Below the pieces are notes generated by a model that was not told the DNA's origin, did not search any database, and was given only the letters and a program-made list of their open reading frames with translations. This document shows positions 9,057 through 17,994 of a stretch of DNA of 64,000 nt, in pieces. The stretch is from a virus. The stretch lies in IMG/VR virus record IMGVR_UViG_3300044811_000050; one strand, given 5' to 3'. A program made the translations under genes and the position numbers. The first letter of the stretch is position 1, and every line of letters starts with the position of its first letter.

Positions 9057-12000
9057 CCTTCGATGCCTGGGCCGCGCTGGACGACGAGGCCCCCGAGCAG
9101 GGATCCACGTCACCCACGGCCCCCTCCGCGTGCTCGTACTGCGGCGGGGCCGAGTTCGACGCGCCCACCGACAACGGCAAGGTGTCCCGGGCCACCTGCA
9201 CGGCGTGCCAGGGCACCATGGTCAGCCACGACGGGGTCTACTGGCAGCCGGACCTGATCGGCCAGCCGGACAACCACCCGAGCACCCAGGCCGACCCGCG
9301 CTCCGGCGGGGTGGGCGGCATCGGGGACGTCCCGGTGGTGCGCCGCGAGGAGGACCTCAACAGCCGCACCGCCGGCTTCGAGAACCGCATCACCTTCCGC
9401 CAGTACCTGCCCGGGGAAGACGAGCACGCCGACCTGGACAGCCACGACCCCGGCTGGGCGCATGGCCTGCTGGAGGCCCACGGCAACGCGGCCGAGCCGA
9501 TCGGGCGGATGGAGTTCTCCGCCGGCCCGGACACCGTCAAGATCCACGAGACCCGGGTGCACCAGGACCACCGCCGCCAAGGCGTCGCCACCGCGTTGAA
9601 TGACCGGCTGACCCAGCTGTTCCCGCACCACGAGATCGACCGGGGCGCCGCCACCGAGGACGGCGAGAAGTTCCGTCAGAGCCTGGCCGGGGTGGACTGG
9701 TGCCGGCACCGACGCGGCGAGCATTGCTGGCTGCCCCGCAACGACTCGCAGAGCGGCGGCTTCGCGCTCTACACCCCGCAGGACCGAGGAGTCTGCCCAT
9801 GGACCACGGCCAGCATGCAGCAGATCAACTGCCCGATGTCTGAGCCCGGACCGATGGCCGGCATGGAGCGCGCGGGCGTCCTGACCGACCCGGAGATGCG
9901 TTTCCACGTGCTCGCGGCGTGGCGCGACGTGCGGGCCAAGGCCAAGCGGATCCGCGCCGAGGGCGGCGTGTCCATCGTCTCGGTGCTCGCCGACGGGATC
10001 ACCGGGCACGTCAACGGGGACACCGGCGTCTACGAGAGCCAGATCAACTACGTGCCCGGCTCGTTCAAGATCGGGCATTGGCAATGCGGCTGCGCCTGGG
10101 CCAGCTACGCCTGGGGCCGCAGCCCCGCCTTCAAGAGGTTCGAGGGCCGGATGTGCTCGCACGCGCTGGCACTCCAGTACGAGGCGCAGAGCCGGGGCAT
10201 GTTCGGCAAGGAGGTCGCCGAGGACACCACCCGGCCCGGCTGGATGCGGGACAAGGTCCGGGTCCGCCACGACCGGGTGACCCGTGATCACGACGTGCGC
10301 GCGGCCAGCCTCCAATCCGGGTTGGACCCGGACGGGGTGTATCCAACGGGCCACGGCCTGGACTTGGAGGGTGCGCCGATCCACGCGTTCGCCAGCGAGG
10401 CCTTCGCCGCGCGCCGCGACCCGGCCGACGCCATGCGGGTGTTCCTGGCCGCCGGCATCGAACACACCGACGCGCGCCGCATGCTGGACGCCATCGCGGT
10501 CGGCGATCAGAGCCTCCACATGGAGGTTCAGCGCACCTTCGACAAGGTGCACGACGACTACCGGGAGCGGCACCAGGACGACCACGAGCTGGCCGAGACC
10601 TACGAGCCGCTGAAGAAGTCGGACCTGCCCGAGGAGCACCACGCCGGCTGGCGGTTCAACTCCAACGCCGACGCGGCGCCGAAGAATCAGTTCCACGAGC
10701 TGTTCTCCACCATGCCGGGCGGCTGGGACGGGCCGACCCACGACACCGACGCCCACCACGCGCCGGTCGCGCTGACCAAGTACCGGCACCCGTCCGGCAT
10801 CGAGCCGCTGCACCTGGACGAGCACGGCCAGGCCTGGGCCCGGCACTTCACCTCCCGGCCGCGCCAGGACGGCGCGCACAGCCCGGTCTTCGATCATTGG
10901 TCCGGGCCACACTCGGCGATGGATGTGATCCACAGCCACCCGACGTTCAGCCAGCGCGACGGGAAGGTCAACTGGCGTTCCCACGCCGAGCGGATGCAGC
11001 TGTCCAGCACGCTGCCCGAGGAGTCCTACCAGGACGTCCACCAGCGGAAGATGCGCAAGCTGCGCGACGCCGGCTGGGGTGTGGTCGGAGCCAAGGGGGA
11101 CGACGAGGCACCCAGCGAGCCGACCCACGCGGGCGTGGTGCTCAAGGCCGCCGACACCGGCCGGATCCTGATGATCCAACGCAGCCATCAGGACGAGACC
11201 GACCCGGCCGCCGGCACCTGGGAGTTCCCGGGAGGCGGGCGGGAGGACGGTGACCATACCTCGCTGCACTCCGGGATCCGGGAATTTGAGGAGGAAGTCG
11301 GCCAGGAATTCCCGACCGGCGGGCACGTCAGCCACGTCTGGCAGTCCCCGAACGGGGTGTACCAAGGCCACGTGGTGGTGGTGCCCAGCGAGAGCGCGAT
11401 CGACTTCAGCAACGGCCGCCGCACCACCAACCCGGACGACCCGGACGGCGACGACCACGAGCAGTCCGCCTGGTGGGATCCCGACCACGCCCGGAAGAAC
11501 CCGGCCTTGCGCCCGGAGTGCAAGGCGAGCCCCTGGGACAAGATCAAGACAGCCAGCCTGGGTACCGAGGCGGGCATCTTCACCCGCAAGCCGGTCGGGC
11601 CGGACACCCGGCCGCCGGTGGACCCCGCCGACGAGAAGCCGATGCGGGCCTGCGACGGGTGCAAGGGCTGCGCGGTATGTGGCGACAAGTCGGTGGCTGT
11701 GGACACCCTGTGGGACCACGGGTTCTGCCCCCAGCACCTGCACGAGCGCCAGAGCGGGCAGGACCCGATCCGTGACGGCGGTCGGCTGAAGCCCGTATTG
11801 GCCGGCGCCCACCACGTCGGGCGGAGGCACGTCACCGGCGAGTATGCCTCCGGTGACTACCTGGAAGACATCGGGGTGGACCCGCGCCCGAATCCCCCGC
11901 CGAAGCGCCCTGAGCCCGACCAGGCCGCCAATCCCGGCTCCACGGGCTGGGCGAGCGGCCAGGACCCGCCGGAGTGGGACGGGGCCGCTCAGAACCCCGG

Positions 12001-12475
12001 AACCATGTCCCTGACGTCCTGGTCGACCCTCCATGACGAGCCAGAGCCCGCGCTGCCGTCCACCGACGGGGCGGAGGAGACCGAGGGTGAGCGCTACCGG
12101 GCCCAGATGCGCCCGGAGATCGACCCCACCGAAGACTCAGCGCCCAGCGACGGGCGGACCGCCAGCGTCACCGACATCGTCGAACGCTTCCAGGCCACCG
12201 CCGGAGCGCGAGCACTCCAGCAGCAGAGAGGATCAGAGGCCATGGACATCGCCAGCGCCGCGCGAGCGCACCTGGAGGACGGCGGCATCCGCCGGACCGC
12301 GCTGAAGGAGTTCAGCTCGGCCGAGCAGGCCGCGCTCATCACCGAGGGTGCCGGGGGCACGCCCGCCCGCAACTTCGACGATCTTAAGATCGAGGGCACC
12401 CACTACGCCGACCTGGCGGCGGCTCTGGCCAGCGAGCAGAGCCTGACCGAGGCCGCCGACGAGCTGTTCAGCTAA
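9053..12475 (+). CDS. 1140-aa head polyprotein: Zn ribbon, GNAT-like, Cys-rich, SWIM finger, Nudix hydrolase, Zn finger
   Basis: HRRQGVATAL (GNAT motif A); CGC...CSH (SWIM); GGGREDGD...REFEEEVG (Nudix box). Confidence 0.85.
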   Translation: MTFDAWAALDDEAPEQGSTSPTAPSACSYCGGAEFDAPTDNGKVSRATCTACQGTMVSHDGVYWQPDLIGQPDNHPSTQADPRSGGVGGIGDVPVVRREEDLNSRTAGFENRITFRQYLPGEDEHADLDSHDPGWAHGLLEAHGNAAEPIGRMEFSAGPDTVKIHETRVHQDHRRQGVATALNDRLTQLFPHHEIDRGAATEDGEKFRQSLAGVDWCRHRRGEHCWLPRNDSQSGGFALYTPQDRGVCPWTTASMQQINCPMSEPGPMAGMERAGVLTDPEMRFHVLAAWRDVRAKAKRIRAEGGVSIVSVLADGITGHVNGDTGVYESQINYVPGSFKIGHWQCGCAWASYAWGRSPAFKRFEGRMCSHALALQYEAQSRGMFGKEVAEDTTRPGWMRDKVRVRHDRVTRDHDVRAASLQSGLDPDGVYPTGHGLDLEGAPIHAFASEAFAARRDPADAMRVFLAAGIEHTDARRMLDAIAVGDQSLHMEVQRTFDKVHDDYRERHQDDHELAETYEPLKKSDLPEEHHAGWRFNSNADAAPKNQFHELFSTMPGGWDGPTHDTDAHHAPVALTKYRHPSGIEPLHLDEHGQAWARHFTSRPRQDGAHSPVFDHWSGPHSAMDVIHSHPTFSQRDGKVNWRSHAERMQLSSTLPEESYQDVHQRKMRKLRDAGWGVVGAKGDDEAPSEPTHAGVVLKAADTGRILMIQRSHQDETDPAAGTWEFPGGGREDGDHTSLHSGIREFEEEVGQEFPTGGHVSHVWQSPNGVYQGHVVVVPSESAIDFSNGRRTTNPDDPDGDDHEQSAWWDPDHARKNPALRPECKASPWDKIKTASLGTEAGIFTRKPVGPDTRPPVDPADEKPMRACDGCKGCAVCGDKSVAVDTLWDHGFCPQHLHERQSGQDPIRDGGRLKPVLAGAHHVGRRHVTGEYASGDYLEDIGVDPRPNPPPKRPEPDQAANPGSTGWASGQDPPEWDGAAQNPGTMSLTSWSTLHDEPEPALPSTDGAEETEGERYRAQMRPEIDPTEDSAPSDGRTASVTDIVERFQATAGARALQQQRGSEAMDIASAARAHLEDGGIRRTALKEFSSAEQAALITEGAGGTPARNFDDLKIEGTHYADLAAALASEQSLTEAADELFS

Positions 12476-12484
12476 AGGAGCGCG

Positions 12485-12961
12485 ATGACCACCCCGACCT
12501 CCGACGAGCCGTTCCCGCCGCAGGCTCCCTTCATCCAGGACGCGCCGCCACCGTTCGAGGACCAGGCCAGCTTCTCGCTGACCAAGGTGGTCAACCTCGG
12601 CCAGCTCGGCGACGAGATCAGCGCGGCGTTGCACCGGCAGGTCAGCTTCGCCCAGCTCGGTCCCGAGGACCCGGCCGCGCCGATCTCGGAGACCAATCAG
12701 GCGACCCTGGCGATCAGCCCCGGTTCGGTGGATCAGGCCGCCGTGCAGGAGGTCATCGACGCGCACGTCCCCGAGGCCGGCTACGGCGTGCCGACCTACA
12801 TCAAGGAGTTCGACGACCTGATCTACCAGGTGTCCAACAACCCGGACGCGGCGTTGAGCGCGGACGACGTGGAGATCGGGGTACGGGGTCTATTGCTGCG
12901 GGAATCCGGCCGGCGTTCCACCGAACAGCCGACTGGCCCGCCGGTGATTGGTCCTGTGTAG
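12485..12961 (+). CDS. Hypothetical protein
   Basis: AAAGGAG RBS; acidic 158 aa. Confidence 0.8.
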   Translation: MTTPTSDEPFPPQAPFIQDAPPPFEDQASFSLTKVVNLGQLGDEISAALHRQVSFAQLGPEDPAAPISETNQATLAISPGSVDQAAVQEVIDAHVPEAGYGVPTYIKEFDDLIYQVSNNPDAALSADDVEIGVRGLLLRESGRRSTEQPTGPPVIGPV

Positions 12962-12994
12962 ACCCTCAGTTCCACTCATTCAAGAGATGAAGAG
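12952..12994 (+). promoter_or_regulatory. Bipartite motif copy 2 (TCCTGTG-N23-AAGAGATGAAGAG)
   Basis: Immediately upstream of the membrane-protein cassette. Confidence 0.65.
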
Positions 12995-13026
12995 GCTGTT
13001 CCGTCTCTCTTGAAGGAGTGGGTTCT

Positions 13027-13194
13027 ATGATCGCCGGCTCGGGTCTCTTGATCATCATCATGCTCATCCTCGCGCTGCTGCTGGCGGTGCTGGATGTCGC
13101 GCTGGGCTTTGGCACCCGCCGGGTGGCGTTCCTGCTGCCCGCCGCCGTGATCCTGACGATCATCGCGGTGTTGCTGGTCGTGATCGGGCACTAG
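13027..13194 (+). CDS. Unlisted 55-aa two-TM membrane protein (holin/antiholin candidate)
   Basis: MIAGSGLLIIIMLILALLLAVLDVALGFGTRRVAFLLPAAVILTIIAVLLVVIGH*; AAGGAG RBS 8 nt upstream; too short for the ORF track. Confidence 0.8.
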   Translation: MIAGSGLLIIIMLILALLLAVLDVALGFGTRRVAFLLPAAVILTIIAVLLVVIGH

Positions 13195-13258
13195 TCCCTG
13201 GGGACCGCAACCTGATCTTTCTCCTGTCGTTGGTCTGAATGCCGGGAGGGGGTGGGCG

Positions 13259-13702
13259 ATGCCTTCACAGGCCGCGACGCGGGACGCGCCGCCCTTTATT
13301 AGGTGGACGCTGATCACATTCGCCATCGCCTTGGGGTGCGTGTACGCCTTCGGGCCGGACGTCTGGTCCAGCTCTCGCTCGCTCACGGTGCTGAAGAGCA
13401 TCTCCTGGTTCCCCATCCGGGCCTGGGGATTCGTGTTCATCTTCATCGGCATGCTGATGATGGTCACCAAGTTGTGGGGCCACGCCCTGGCGATGATCGC
13501 CTGGGGTACCTGGTGGATGGGCCTGGTGGCCACCGCGTTCACCGGCGACCTGACCGGCGGGGGCGGTCTGGTCTGGCCGTTGCTCTTCCTGGCGATCAAC
13601 GGCTACGAGGTCTACCGCTGGGGGCAGAAACGGATGCTCAAGGTTCGCAAGAACCACACGACCAGCTTCCGCTGGCATCAGCGTGGACGAGTCGGTGGAT
13701 AA
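13259..13702 (+). CDS. Four-TM membrane protein (holin-like)
   Basis: Four hydrophobic segments and a basic C-terminal tail. Confidence 0.7.
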   Translation: MPSQAATRDAPPFIRWTLITFAIALGCVYAFGPDVWSSSRSLTVLKSISWFPIRAWGFVFIFIGMLMMVTKLWGHALAMIAWGTWWMGLVATAFTGDLTGGGGLVWPLLFLAINGYEVYRWGQKRMLKVRKNHTTSFRWHQRGRVGG

Positions 13703-14204
13703 CCGTCTGGTCGACGCGTACTTCCTGGCGACCGCGCTGACGGCGGATGACACCGCACCCGCCGCTTCGTCTTCGCAGGGCCCGATCATTGTTGTCATCC
13801 TGGCGGTGATCGCGTTGGTGGGTACCGGGCTGACCGCGATCGGTCCCTCCTTGGTGGAGATAGCCAAGAACCGGGGCTCCCGGCAGAAGGTGATCCCCGT
13901 CAACGGGGCTCCGGAGCCCCCGCCCGCCGCGCCGGAACCCACTCCGGCGTCCACCCAGATGGTCCAGTCCGCGCAGAGCGGTTTGGCGATGATCGAATCA
14001 GCCGTGATGGACGCCCGCACTCAACGCGACGCCGTCATGCGCCACGCTGGGCAACTCCGCCGCGAGCTGGAGGAGGAGCGCGACGTCATCCGCCGGCAGG
14101 CCGTCTACATTGCCCAGCTCGAAGGCCGCTTCAATAACCAGGGCTACGGGGCGCACACCGCGCCGCAGGCTCCTCATCCGCCTCAAGGCTGGGAACGCCG
14201 ATGA
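13683..14204 (+). CDS. Single-TM coiled-coil membrane protein (lysis-cassette type)
   Basis: IIVVILAVIALVGTGL TM segment followed by heptads. Confidence 0.75.
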   Translation: MDESVDNRLVDAYFLATALTADDTAPAASSSQGPIIVVILAVIALVGTGLTAIGPSLVEIAKNRGSRQKVIPVNGAPEPPPAAPEPTPASTQMVQSAQSGLAMIESAVMDARTQRDAVMRHAGQLRRELEEERDVIRRQAVYIAQLEGRFNNQGYGAHTAPQAPHPPQGWERR

Positions 14205-15139
14205 CCGCACCCACGCACGATCGTCTCGAAGACGGGATGGGTCAGCTCCGCGACGCGCTGGACCAGGCTCCGCAGGCGGCCCGCGAGGAGGTCAAGCAGA
14301 GTCTCGCGGATACCGTGACGGCCCTCGGGCGGCAGCAGAAGATCTACATGCGGGTCACCCTGGCCCTGGTCACCGTGTTGCTGCTGATCTTCGCCGGGGG
14401 CATGATCATCGTGTTCAACCGGATCAACACCCAGGACCGGGCGCTGACCCGGACCGAGGGCACTATCCAGGCCTTCCAGGCCCAGCTGGACGCGGCTAAC
14501 AAGAAGCTGATCGCCTCGGGCCTACCGCCGGTACAGGCCGCTCGGGATCCCGTCCCGGGCAGCGTTGATGACGCCAGGCTGAGCACGGCCGCCGCGACCG
14601 CCACCACCCTGGCCGCGCTGCCCAAAGAGGTGCTGATCAAACCCACCGCCACCGAGCTGGCCCAGGCGGTGGCCAGCTACATGCTGGCCAACCCGGTCAC
14701 CGTGTCCTCAGATCAGATCATCTCCTCGTTGGCCACTTACCTGGCGGCCCATCCGATTCCGCCGGGGCTGGCCGGCCCCATGGGTCCACCGGGGCGCACC
14801 CCGACCGCCGAGGAGATCAGCGCGGCGTTCCGCCAGGAGGTCGCCGCCAACCCGCAGATCCTCTGCCCGCTCGGTGGCACCTACGGCAACCGGGACGTGC
14901 TGCTGGTCGGCGGCGGTAGCACCCAGCAGTTTGGCTGCTTCGGCACCGACCAGCCCGCTCCCCCGCCGGACACCGGCGGGACGACGACCACCCCGCCGGA
15001 CACCTCCGTGACCCCGACCCCCACGCCGAGCCCCCAGGCGCCACCGAGCGGCTCCGGGGGCACCACCCCCTCGCCCAGCTCGACCGGCTCCCCGTCGTCC
15101 ACCAGCGGCCCGCTGGGCGGCCTTCTCGGGGGCCCGTGA
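14201..15139 (+). CDS. Single-TM protein with coiled coil, short collagen-like motif and Pro/Thr/Ser tail
   Basis: VTLALVTVLLLIFAGGMIIVF; GPMGPPG; ATGA coupling. Confidence 0.8.
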   Translation: MTAPTHDRLEDGMGQLRDALDQAPQAAREEVKQSLADTVTALGRQQKIYMRVTLALVTVLLLIFAGGMIIVFNRINTQDRALTRTEGTIQAFQAQLDAANKKLIASGLPPVQAARDPVPGSVDDARLSTAAATATTLAALPKEVLIKPTATELAQAVASYMLANPVTVSSDQIISSLATYLAAHPIPPGLAGPMGPPGRTPTAEEISAAFRQEVAANPQILCPLGGTYGNRDVLLVGGGSTQQFGCFGTDQPAPPPDTGGTTTTPPDTSVTPTPTPSPQAPPSGSGGTTPSPSSTGSPSSTSGPLGGLLGGP

Positions 15140-15363
15140 TGGGCTGGCGGGGACGCGGCGGACGCACCGTCTGGACGATCCAGGTCAACCAGGACGGCAC
15201 CGCCGAGGTACTGCGCAACGGGCGGCGGGTCCAGGGCGACCGGTCGCGGGAGGAGGCGCTGCGCTACATCCGGCGCCGCTGGAGCGCTGAGCACCAGGTA
15301 ATCCAAGAAGATCCCGACGGCGCCCGCCGCGACATCACACGGCGGGTACGCGCGACTGTCTAA
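15136..15363 (+). CDS. Small basic hypothetical protein
   Basis: 75 aa, overlaps the upstream stop. Confidence 0.7.
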   Translation: MMGWRGRGGRTVWTIQVNQDGTAEVLRNGRRVQGDRSREEALRYIRRRWSAEHQVIQEDPDGARRDITRRVRATV

Positions 15364-15395
15364 CCCCCGGTGACCCCTTCCCAAGAAGTGAAGGG
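15354..15395 (+). promoter_or_regulatory. Bipartite motif copy 3 (GACTGTC-N22-AAGAAGTGAAGGG)
   Basis: Upstream of the prohead protease gene. Confidence 0.75.
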
Positions 15396-15409
15396 TAGGA
15401 GGTCACACG

Positions 15410-17224
15410 GTGCTTCAGAAGTTCGCTGTCACGCAGATTCTCGGGGCGCGGCTCGCTGACGGCCATTCCCCGGCCCTAATGCGGACCGCTCATCGCGCTC
15501 AGTTCAACTACACGCCCCGCCCGGGGTATCTCTATGTGCGTTCCCGAATGATTTCGTCGCGGTGCAACGACAACTACGACGAATTCCCGGCCGAGGAAAT
15601 CGAGCGAGGTTACCGCTCTTTCATCGGCAAGCCGGTATTCGTCAACCACCACAATGAAGATCACCGGCGGGCGCGCGGGGTGATCATCGACGCGGTGTTG
15701 CACAAGGACGCCAACCCGGACGGCTCCCCGGACAGCTGGGTCGAAGGCTTGCAGGAGATCGACGCGCTGACCTACCCACGGTTGGCCAAGGCGATCATCG
15801 CCGGGGACATCGACCGGACCTCGATGGGCGTGGACGTGGCCTACTCGATCTGCTCGGTGTGCGCCAACAAGGCCACCACCCCGCTGGAGTACTGCCGACA
15901 CATCCCGGCCATGAAGGGGATGAAGGTGCTGCGCCGGACCGCCGACGGGAGCAGCCGCTCCGAGCTGGTCCGGGAGCGCTGTCACGGGCTGAGCTTCTTC
16001 GAGAACTCCCTATTGGTAGAGGAGCCGGCCGATCCGACGGCGTACTTCCTCGGCCAGGTGGAACGCGGCCCCGGGCTGGAGCACCTGGGCCAGCGCAGCG
16101 CCACCCACACCACCGCCGCGCCTGCGCGGGTGTACATGCACCGGGGCGGGCCGGCGTACACCCAGAACACCACCGCCGCCGGTGTCCAGCGGCTTTCCGT
16201 GACCCACGGCGGCATCTGCCGGTCCTGCCATGGTGAGGACACGCTGCGGTTCCAGGGCTCCACCGAGTGCCTGGACTGCGGTGTGGTCACCGGGCCGATC
16301 ACCCACGACGCCTCGCTGACCGCGCCGTCCATGGCGCGCGAAGGCAAGTATTCCTTCGACATGCGCAAGAACCCGGAATGGAAATCCGACCCGGGCAGCC
16401 ATCCGATCTGGCACGACCTCGGGGCCAGCGTCAATCACATCGTTCACCATTGGGACCAGGCCAGACCGCCGGAAAAGGCCGACGGCAAACGCTGGTACCC
16501 CGACGCGCACCTGGTCGCCCATCACTTCGCCCAGTCCACCGGGCATTCCACCCATCAGGCCGCTGGGGTGCTCTCCGCTTATTCGCCGAAGATGGAGTGG
16601 GGACAGAACCTTCACCACGCCATCCGCTCTCTGCACGAGGGCCGCGCGATCACCTCGGCCGAGGGCGCCAACGTCATGGCGCTGCACACCAACGCCGCCC
16701 AGCGGATCATGGATGGTGAAGACCACCAGCAGGTGTTGAAGGGGCCGAAGACCAACGCCTTCGCCCACACCATCGAGCACGGGGGCCGGGATCCCCAGAC
16801 CGGCGGGCCCTCCCATCGGGTGGTGGTGGACACTCACGCCGTCTCGGTCATGTGTGGTCGCCGGTTGAGCAAGGAAGAGAAAGCGGACGCCGCCAGCGCC
16901 ATTGGCCATCCGCATTTCTATCAGCACGCGCAATCTCTCTACCAGCAGGCCGCCGCGCACCTTTCCGCGAGGGAAGGTCGAGAAATCGCCCCGCACGAAG
17001 TGCAGGCCACCACTTGGGGTGTGCGCAAGCGGATCAACGACGAGGACGAAGACTTCAAGAACAAGGGCAATCAGACCCTTGAACGCAAGAACCGCGAGAA
17101 GTGGCAGGACTACCACAAAGAGCACACGGACAGCGGATTCGCCAGCGAATCCGCCGAGCCGGGCATGCGGAATATGCACGCCCGGCGGAACGCGTCCTCC
17201 CGGGGCCGCCGGGGGCGACGCTGA
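15410..17224 (+). CDS. Capsid maturation (prohead) protease fused to a Zn ribbon and an HhH-GPD-like domain
   Basis: PVFVNHH, TSMG and FFENS motifs of HK97/assemblin-type Ser proteases; lies ahead of scaffold-like and capsid genes. Confidence 0.75.
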   Translation: MLQKFAVTQILGARLADGHSPALMRTAHRAQFNYTPRPGYLYVRSRMISSRCNDNYDEFPAEEIERGYRSFIGKPVFVNHHNEDHRRARGVIIDAVLHKDANPDGSPDSWVEGLQEIDALTYPRLAKAIIAGDIDRTSMGVDVAYSICSVCANKATTPLEYCRHIPAMKGMKVLRRTADGSSRSELVRERCHGLSFFENSLLVEEPADPTAYFLGQVERGPGLEHLGQRSATHTTAAPARVYMHRGGPAYTQNTTAAGVQRLSVTHGGICRSCHGEDTLRFQGSTECLDCGVVTGPITHDASLTAPSMAREGKYSFDMRKNPEWKSDPGSHPIWHDLGASVNHIVHHWDQARPPEKADGKRWYPDAHLVAHHFAQSTGHSTHQAAGVLSAYSPKMEWGQNLHHAIRSLHEGRAITSAEGANVMALHTNAAQRIMDGEDHQQVLKGPKTNAFAHTIEHGGRDPQTGGPSHRVVVDTHAVSVMCGRRLSKEEKADAASAIGHPHFYQHAQSLYQQAAAHLSAREGREIAPHEVQATTWGVRKRINDEDEDFKNKGNQTLERKNREKWQDYHKEHTDSGFASESAEPGMRNMHARRNASSRGRRGRR

Positions 17225-17957
17225 CGCCGTAGGCCCCCGGCTGGCTTACGGCGAGACCAAGGCGCCCGCCGAGGTGGACACTTTGCGGGACGAGAGCTGC
17301 CCGGTGTGCGGGGAGGACTCCGCCTGGGACGGCGATGAGTGCAAGGTCTGTGGCTTCGTCGCGCCGCCGGACAAGTTCGGTGACCCCGACGTCGACATGC
17401 ACAAGAAGCTCGACCTGCGCAACAACGACGACCTGGACGGTGGCGACGTCGCCGACCTCAACGCCGATACCAACGACCGGGACGGCGACGGGTTCGACGA
17501 CAACACCGGCGAGCCGATCACCGACGAGGACCAGGCCGGCGCCGACGACGTACAGCCGATGCTGTCCTGCCCGAGCTGCGGCTACGAGGTGGAGGCCGGC
17601 GAGCCGGTCAGCACCAACACCGCCGACCCGACGATGGGCGACGCCGGAGCCGGCCCGGCCGCCGGGGACCTGTGCCCGAACTGCGGCAAGGCCCCGCTGG
17701 AATCCCCCGGCGAGCTGACCGAGGAGGGCATGCCGGCACCGGAGGACGCCGAGCAAGACCCGGCTGAGCTGGATGCCGAGTTGGATGCCGAGGAAAACCC
17801 GGAGCAAGACCCGAACGCCATTCCCGACAATGACGACGAAGCGCCGGGAGAAAAGCCCTTCGCCGACGATGGGGATGAAGAAGAGGACGACGAGGAAGAC
17901 GGCCAGGACGACGAAGAGCCGCCTGCCAAGAAGCCCTTCCCACCACGGAAGAAATGA
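17214..17957 (+). CDS. Acidic double-Zn-ribbon segment, probably the protease C-terminus in the +1 frame
   Basis: RLAYGETKAPAEVDTLRDESCPVCG...; coding-like from about 17214 but no convincing RBS/start. Confidence 0.65.
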   Translation, partial: GDADAVGPRLAYGETKAPAEVDTLRDESCPVCGEDSAWDGDECKVCGFVAPPDKFGDPDVDMHKKLDLRNNDDLDGGDVADLNADTNDRDGDGFDDNTGEPITDEDQAGADDVQPMLSCPSCGYEVEAGEPVSTNTADPTMGDAGAGPAAGDLCPNCGKAPLESPGELTEEGMPAPEDAEQDPAELDAELDAEENPEQDPNAIPDNDDEAPGEKPFADDGDEEEDDEEDGQDDEEPPAKKPFPPRKK

Positions 17958-17994
17958 AACACCCCGTCCCGCATGACGAAGGAGCAGATTAGTC

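Noticed and set aside
9110-12034. Long antisense or alternative-frame ORFs (also 5648-7900, 22136-24307, 50306-52540, 61387-63600)
   Set aside because: Shadow ORFs caused by high GC3 in the real + strand genes.
13222-13260. Possible ninth copy of the bipartite motif
   Set aside because: TCCTGTC is present but the second box (AGGGGGTGGG) is degenerate and only about 18 nt away.
16902-17213. N-terminal 100 aa of ORF 16902..17957 as a real overlapping protein
   Set aside because: TTG start without an RBS and shadow-frame composition inside the protease gene.
17219-17227. In-frame stop-hop or readthrough at CGC TGA CGC
   Set aside because: The in-frame continuation is non-coding-like and soon stops; the coding signal is in the +1 frame.
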